Positions 58,901-64,000 of a stretch of DNA of 64,000 nt are shown here, piece after piece. This DNA is from Ranitomeya imitator. Taxonomy: Eukaryota. How positions within the stretch are numbered: position 1 is the first letter of the stretch; every line of letters starts with the position of its first letter. Where the stretch lies: positions 207,700,001 through 207,764,000 of the forward strand of contig NC_091288.1 of assembly GCF_032444005.1 (NCBI RefSeq), written 5' to 3'. A model generated the notes under the pieces. That model searched no databases, had not been told where the DNA came from, and saw only the letters and a list, made by a program, of their open reading frames with translations. The position numbers and the translations under genes are program-made.

Positions 58901-60109
58901 GTTATGGGTGGTCTGGCTGGCACATTGTTATGGGTGGTCTGGCCGGCACAGTGTTATGGGTGGTCTGGCTGGCACAGTGTTATGGGTGGTCTGGCTGGCA
59001 CATTGTTATGGGTGGTCTGGCTGGCACATTGTTATGGGTGGTCTGGCTGGCACATTGTTATGGGTGGTCTGGCCGGCACATTGTTAAGGGTGGTCGGCTG
59101 GCACATTGTTATGGGTGGTCTGGCCGGCACATTGTTATGGGTGGCCTGGCTGGCACATTGTTATGGGTGGTCTGGCTGGCACATTGTTATGGGTGGTCTG
59201 GCCGGCACAGTGTTATGGGTGGTCTGGCTGGCACATTGTTATGGGTGGTCTGGCTGGCACATTGTTATGGGTGGTCGGCTGGCACATTGTTATGGGTGGT
59301 CTGGCCGGCACATTGTTATGGGTGGTCGGCTGGCACATTGTTATGGGTGGTCTGGCTGGCACATTGTTATGGGTGGTCTGGCTGGCACAGTGTTATGGGT
59401 GGTCTGGCCTGTACATCGTTATGGGTGGTCTGGCTGGCACATTGTTATGGGTGGTCGGCTGGCACATTGTTATGGGTGGTCTGGCCGGCACATTGTTATG
59501 GGTGGCCTGGCTGGCACATTGTTATGGGTGGTCTGGCTGGCACATTGTTATGGGTGGTCTGGCTGGCACAGTGTTATGGGTGGTCTGGCCTGTACATCGT
59601 TATGGGTGGTCTGGCTGGCACATTGTTATGGGTGGTCGGCTGGCACATTGTTATGGGTGGTCTGGCCGGCACATTGTTATGGGTGGCCTGGCTGGCACAT
59701 TGTTATGGGTGGCCTGGCTGGCACATTGTTATGGGTGGTCTGGCTGGCACATTGTTATGGGTGGTCTGGCCTGCACATTGTTATGGGTGGTCTGGCCTGC
59801 ACATTGTTATGGGTGGTCTGGCTGGCACAGTGTTATGGGTGGTCTGGCCTGCACATTGTTATGGGTGGTCTGGCTGGCACATTGTTATGGGTGGTCTGGC
59901 TGGCACATTGTTATGGGTGGCCTGGCTGGCACATTGTTATGGGTGGCCTGGCTGGCACATTGTTATGGGTGGTCTGGCTGGCACATTGTTATGGGTGGTC
60001 TGGCCTGCACATTGTTATGGGTGGTCTGGCCGGCACATTGTTATGGGTGGTCTGGCTGGCATGTATGGCTTCCTTTGTGGCTGGTAAACTCCTTTTGGGG
60101 TGCATAATG
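55968..60109. repeat. 26-bp minisatellite (ggctggcacattgttatgggtggtct), about 155 copies, with a higher-order duplication of about 2.1 kb
   Basis: Period 26. An identical 50-bp unique interruption occurs at 57921-57970 and 60060-60109. Confidence 0.98.
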
Positions 60110-60260
60110 ACTGGCATCGTTACTGCTGGTGATATGGGTGGCACTTTTGGGCTCTCATGGTTGGCACAGATATTAGGGCACCTTTAAAACACTCTCTTGT
60201 ATGGGAACCACTGAAAAAGGAGCATATGGGAAACTGGTGCACATTGGACACATTTGTTAA

Positions 60261-60894
60261 AGGGGGTATTCCTATCTCCAAGATCCTATCCCATTATGTA
60301 GTAAGTGTAATAATAATAATATTGACAGATATTTTTAATTAAAAATGTAGTACAGATCTTCTTATTAGCTATGTTACTTACCATATGTGCAGGGCATTGC
60401 AGTAATAATAATAATAATAATAATTTTATTTATATAGCGCCAACATATTCCGCAGCGCTTTACAAATTATAGAGGGGACTTGTACAGACAATAGACATTA
60501 CAGCATAACAGAAATACAGTTCAAAACAGATACCAGGAGGAGTGAGGGCCCTGCTCGCAAGCTTACAAACTATGAGGAAAAGGGGAGACACGAGAGGTGG
60601 ATGGTAACAATTGCTTTAGTTATTCGGACCAGCCATAGTGTAAGGCTCAGGTGTTCATGTAAAGCTGCATGCAGTAGCTCACGTATCCATGGTTACGACA
60701 ATTAACTGTCACTATGAGTGGTTACAACCATGGCTATATAAGCTACTGCAATTCCCTGCACATGGGGAGAGCAGCATAGCTAATCAGAAGAACTGTACTA
60801 CATTTCTAATTGAAGGTATTGCTATTATTATTATTATTATTATTATTACACTTACTACATAGTGGGATAGGATCTTGGAGATGGCAAGACCCCT
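60261..60894. mobile_element. T2-type MITE containing a short LINE 3' fragment
   Basis: ttaa|AGGGGGTATTCCTATCTCCAAGATCCTATCC ... GGATAGGATCTTGGAGATGGCAAGACCCCT|ttaa. Confidence 0.85.
60405..60669 (-). mobile_element. 5'-truncated LINE/SINE 3' end (L2/CR1-like) with a (TTA)n tail
   Basis: (aat)n followed by tttatttatatagcgccaacatattccgcagcgctttaca; direct repeat tgcagta at 60398-60404 and 60670-60676. Confidence 0.65.
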
Positions 60895-61199
60895 TTAAAG
60901 TTTTTCTTTCACTACAAGACGCCTCCCCGCTAATCCTAGTCCTTTGGTTAAGGTGGAGGAGTTTATTTGCATTTTACCATTATACCGGCTCCAGGATATT
61001 GACTTTCTGTTACAAAACAGGGAACTAGGTGATGCAACCTCTTGCATAAAAAAATATACCAAGCCTTGCCTAATAAGAAAACAGCAACTCGGACGGAAAA
61101 TTTCCCTCCAGTGAGGCAACACCGGCAGTGACCACAAATAGTTCTGAAAAAAATAAACTCCTCAAAGCTGCACTCCAATCTTACATAAATACTCCTTCC

Positions 61200-61385
61200 C
61201 CAACGAAAATGGCCGCCAAAGGTGGACAACACGCAGAGAAGGACGCACACACGCCTGCTGATGACGTATTGCCCCGCCCCTCCCCTGTAAGCGCTTTATA
61301 CAGGAGCCTGACGGCCGGGGTGTTCCAGTAGTGAGAGGTGGTGGCCGGCGAGGGTCAAGATTACACGGCTCCGTCGAACAACGCC
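61200..61385 (+). promoter_or_regulatory. MSRB1 CpG-rich promoter and 5' UTR
   Basis: YY1-like aaaatggccgcc (61206-61217), CRE-like tgacgta (61262-61268) and GC box gccccgcccc (61271-61280) upstream of the ATG. Confidence 0.6.
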
Positions 61386-61440
61386 ATGTCGTTCTGCTCG
61401 TTCTTCGGTGGGGAGGTCTATAAGGATCACTTCGAGAACG
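61386..61440 (+). CDS. MSRB1: MSRB1 exon 1 (coding part)
   Basis: cgccATG context, 55 nt, GTAATG donor. Confidence 0.95.
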
Positions 61441-63968
61441 GTAATGGAGGAGGGGAGAGGAGCTGCCTGTCAGTCACAGCCTGCAAAAAGTTACTTGTAC
61501 TGCTTGTGTAATGATGTTCCCTAATGTACTGGGGTGTGGGGCACTTGGGGTCATCAGTGAGCATCACAGTGCAAATCTAGACATTGGGAGACAGCAGGGC
61601 ATGCTGGAGATTGTAGTTCCACAGCTGCAGCATGCAGCTCAGTAATGCATTATCTGTATGGTGACATTATTCTCAGGGTTTCTAGGTGAGACTTTAATGT
61701 TTGTACATCGTCAACAACGGAACATTTCTATTTGCTCTTTTTTGTTTTCTTAAAGGGAACTTTTTTTTTTAGCTCATCCCTTTTAGCGCACTCACGCCAG
61801 CTTGGCTGCGTTATCTTGTGGGGTCTGATTCTTTATTGCATTTGTGAATTTTTTTAACTTATTTATTTTTCCCCATTTTTGATTTCCATTGTTCTTCTAG
61901 TGTCTATACATATTTATCATATAGAATGTTTTAATATTCGTTATTGTAGGCGATATTTCGGGGGGTTCCTAAATGTCTCCAGCCGATTCATCAATGTGGC
62001 AAAATAGTCAATGAATACCACAAGATTAAAAAGGGGGGGGGGGGGAAAGTGACTTAAAAAAACTTCCGCGAACGATGAACAGAGCCTTTTATATGACTTT
62101 TTAGGTGAAAAAAAAGCGGGGTGTTTTACTAAAATGTTGCAAAATTTGTGCAAAAAGTTTAGATGTGGAGGCTGGACTGGATTCCAGTTGTGTGAAAACT
62201 TTGACTTTTTTTGTTTTTAAAGTTGCAATTGACGAATCGGCGGAAAACCCACATGGCGCCAACTATGGAAAACTTAAAAAAAAAAAAAAAAAAACTCCCA
62301 CAAAGTAGACCTTAAAATAGGTTGCAAAGTAAAAGAATAAGGCACAAATAAATAATAAAACAGCAACAACTAATAAATGGGGTCCATAACTGTATCCCAG
62401 CGCAGGACTGGCCGCGGCTCTCCCGACCTGAGCCTGTCAGCCTCCTCCCCAAACCTCATGCTTTACACTGCAGCTCCACTTTTCTCTAAAGCACCAGTGT
62501 GAAATATCTGGCACATACCTGACGCATGCAAAGAAAAAAGAATATGAAGTTGAGAAGAGGTGATGGAGTTTCCTCTGTGCTACAGTATCCCAGGAGGAGC
62601 AGGTGAAAGTGACGCTGATAGATAGGAGAAAGGACCTGTGACCTGTACACGTAGCTTTACATCATAGAATCCCTTTAGAGGTGAGGAATCATACTAACCG
62701 ATTACCCAGAGGGTAAATGGACCCAACCTAAGCGATAATGTGATCCCCTGATGAAGCCGGTGATGGCGAAACTCTGAGTGAATTTTAATCCGCTCTAGTG
62801 GTCATATAATTGACATCTATAATTGTCCTGAGAAACGCGATCCTAGCTAGCAGACTGCAGCCATTAATCTAGGTAGGAGATCTATTGCCTTTAGGAGAGA
62901 TCTCCCATAGAGGGGAGATCTAATAATAAGGGTAATAACGTGATCCCTTAAGTTGGGTCCATTTACCCTCTGGGTAATGTTAGTATGAATTGTAATACCG
63001 CACATGACCTGTGGACCGGAGTGGCGCTGTTTTTTTGAGGTAAGCGGACACTTTTTACATTCTGATTAAAGGCACACTGCTGGCAAATCTAGTGAGCACA
63101 AAAATAATCCCTGTCGTGCTTCGCTCCGGGGCATCTTGAGAGCAGGTTTCCGTCCATGATGAGTTGGTGTCGCTCCGATTCCAGCGGTGGTTACCCATTA
63201 CCTATCATCTGCTCCGAGCTCGTCTTCCAGGAATTGATTGCTGATTCTTGTCCTTTTCTTGTGTTGCTGTCACAGCAGAGTTTTGCAAAGGGCATTCAGT
63301 GCTCAGGATACAGGGAGGGGAAGTCTGAAGCTGCTCAGTGGGAGGATGTGAAGTAAGCGCTCCCCTGTGCGTTATTTCACGGAACTACTAGTTAAGCAAT
63401 TCCCCCATCCAGTCTCTATATTACTCCATATCTATCAGCAGGATATAGGGCGCTGTTCATGGCAGCCTGCATTCTGTCCAGGAGCGGCAGACACACCAGG
63501 CCAAATTCTCAACACCTTGTGCACAAGGTTATTGCATTTGTGTCTTTTTTATATATTGTGTGTGTTGTGTTTTTTTATTTTTTTATTTATTTTTTTTACA
63601 CAAAGAATATTAGAAAGTTGCTGAACCTAGGTTATATTCCCACAACGAGGTTTTTTTTATATTCTGCATATTTGAAAAAAAAAAAAAAAAAAAAGCAAGT
63701 AACTTATTTTACGAAGTTGTGGCAGAAAATCTGCAACATCAAAAACTTATTGTGGTAATACAATATTGTAATGATGCAGTGGTTTACTTATGATGACTAG
63801 TAATGGTGTCTTGCTTCTCCCTTAGGGGTCTACGTATGCGCCAAGTGCGGGTATGAGCTGTTCAATAGCCGCACCAAGTTTAAACATTCCTCCCCATGGC
63901 CGGCCTTCTCCGAAACCATCCACCATGACAGCGTCTCCAAGTACGTGGAACGACCCAATGCTCTGAAG
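61386..63968 (+). CDS. MSRB1: Methionine-R-sulfoxide reductase B1 (selenoprotein R/X), exons 1-2; gene continues beyond the window
   Basis: [19 protein letters not shown] + [38 protein letters not shown]...ALK; exons 61386-61440 and 63826-63968, GT-AG, in phase. Confidence 0.96.
62686..62991. repeat. About 46-bp inverted repeat enclosing a hammerhead-like core, probable Penelope-like remnant, in MSRB1 intron 1
   Basis: 62686-62732 is the reverse complement of about 62947-62991; CTGATGA-A-GCC-ggtgat-GGC-GAAAC at 62748-62772. Confidence 0.55.
63826..63968 (+). CDS. MSRB1: MSRB1 exon 2
   Basis: cccttag acceptor, CAKC zinc motif, SPWPAF, GTAAGA donor. Confidence 0.95.
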
Positions 63969-64000
63969 GTAAGAGACGGCAAGAAGAGAGCACTGCCGAA

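Noticed and set aside
55875-60187. Trp/Gly-rich ORFs of up to 708 aa that look like membrane proteins
   Set aside because: They are artefacts of a 26-bp repeat that lacks stops in all three + frames.

Overview
Vertebrate genomic DNA, not prokaryotic; the repeat families suggest a frog (inference). It matches the human 16p13.3 block. Four spliced genes can be built with GT-AG introns and consistent phases: NDUFB10 (-, complete, 4 exons, 178 aa); RPL3L (+, coding exons 2-10, with the ATG-only exon 1 not located); a complete TEX2-like SMP-domain gene (-, 11 coding exons, 1015 aa) between RPL3L and MSRB1, where human has no gene; and the first two exons of the selenoprotein gene MSRB1 (+, running off the window end). 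Most other sequence is transposable-element derived: four Tc1/mariner copies (one nearly intact), two same-family solo LTRs, a CR1-type LINE fragment, hAT-, Harbinger-, T2- and piggyBac-like MITEs and a Helitron-like end. There are also many minisatellites, which explain nearly all long ORFs in the track, and one 221-N gap. No CRISPR array, tRNA or rRNA was seen. I found no clearly new biological system. The best leads are the TEX2 paralog, Penelope-type hammerhead-like motifs inside inverted repeats, a promoter-like fragment captured inside a Tc1 element, and an array of hairpin repeats.
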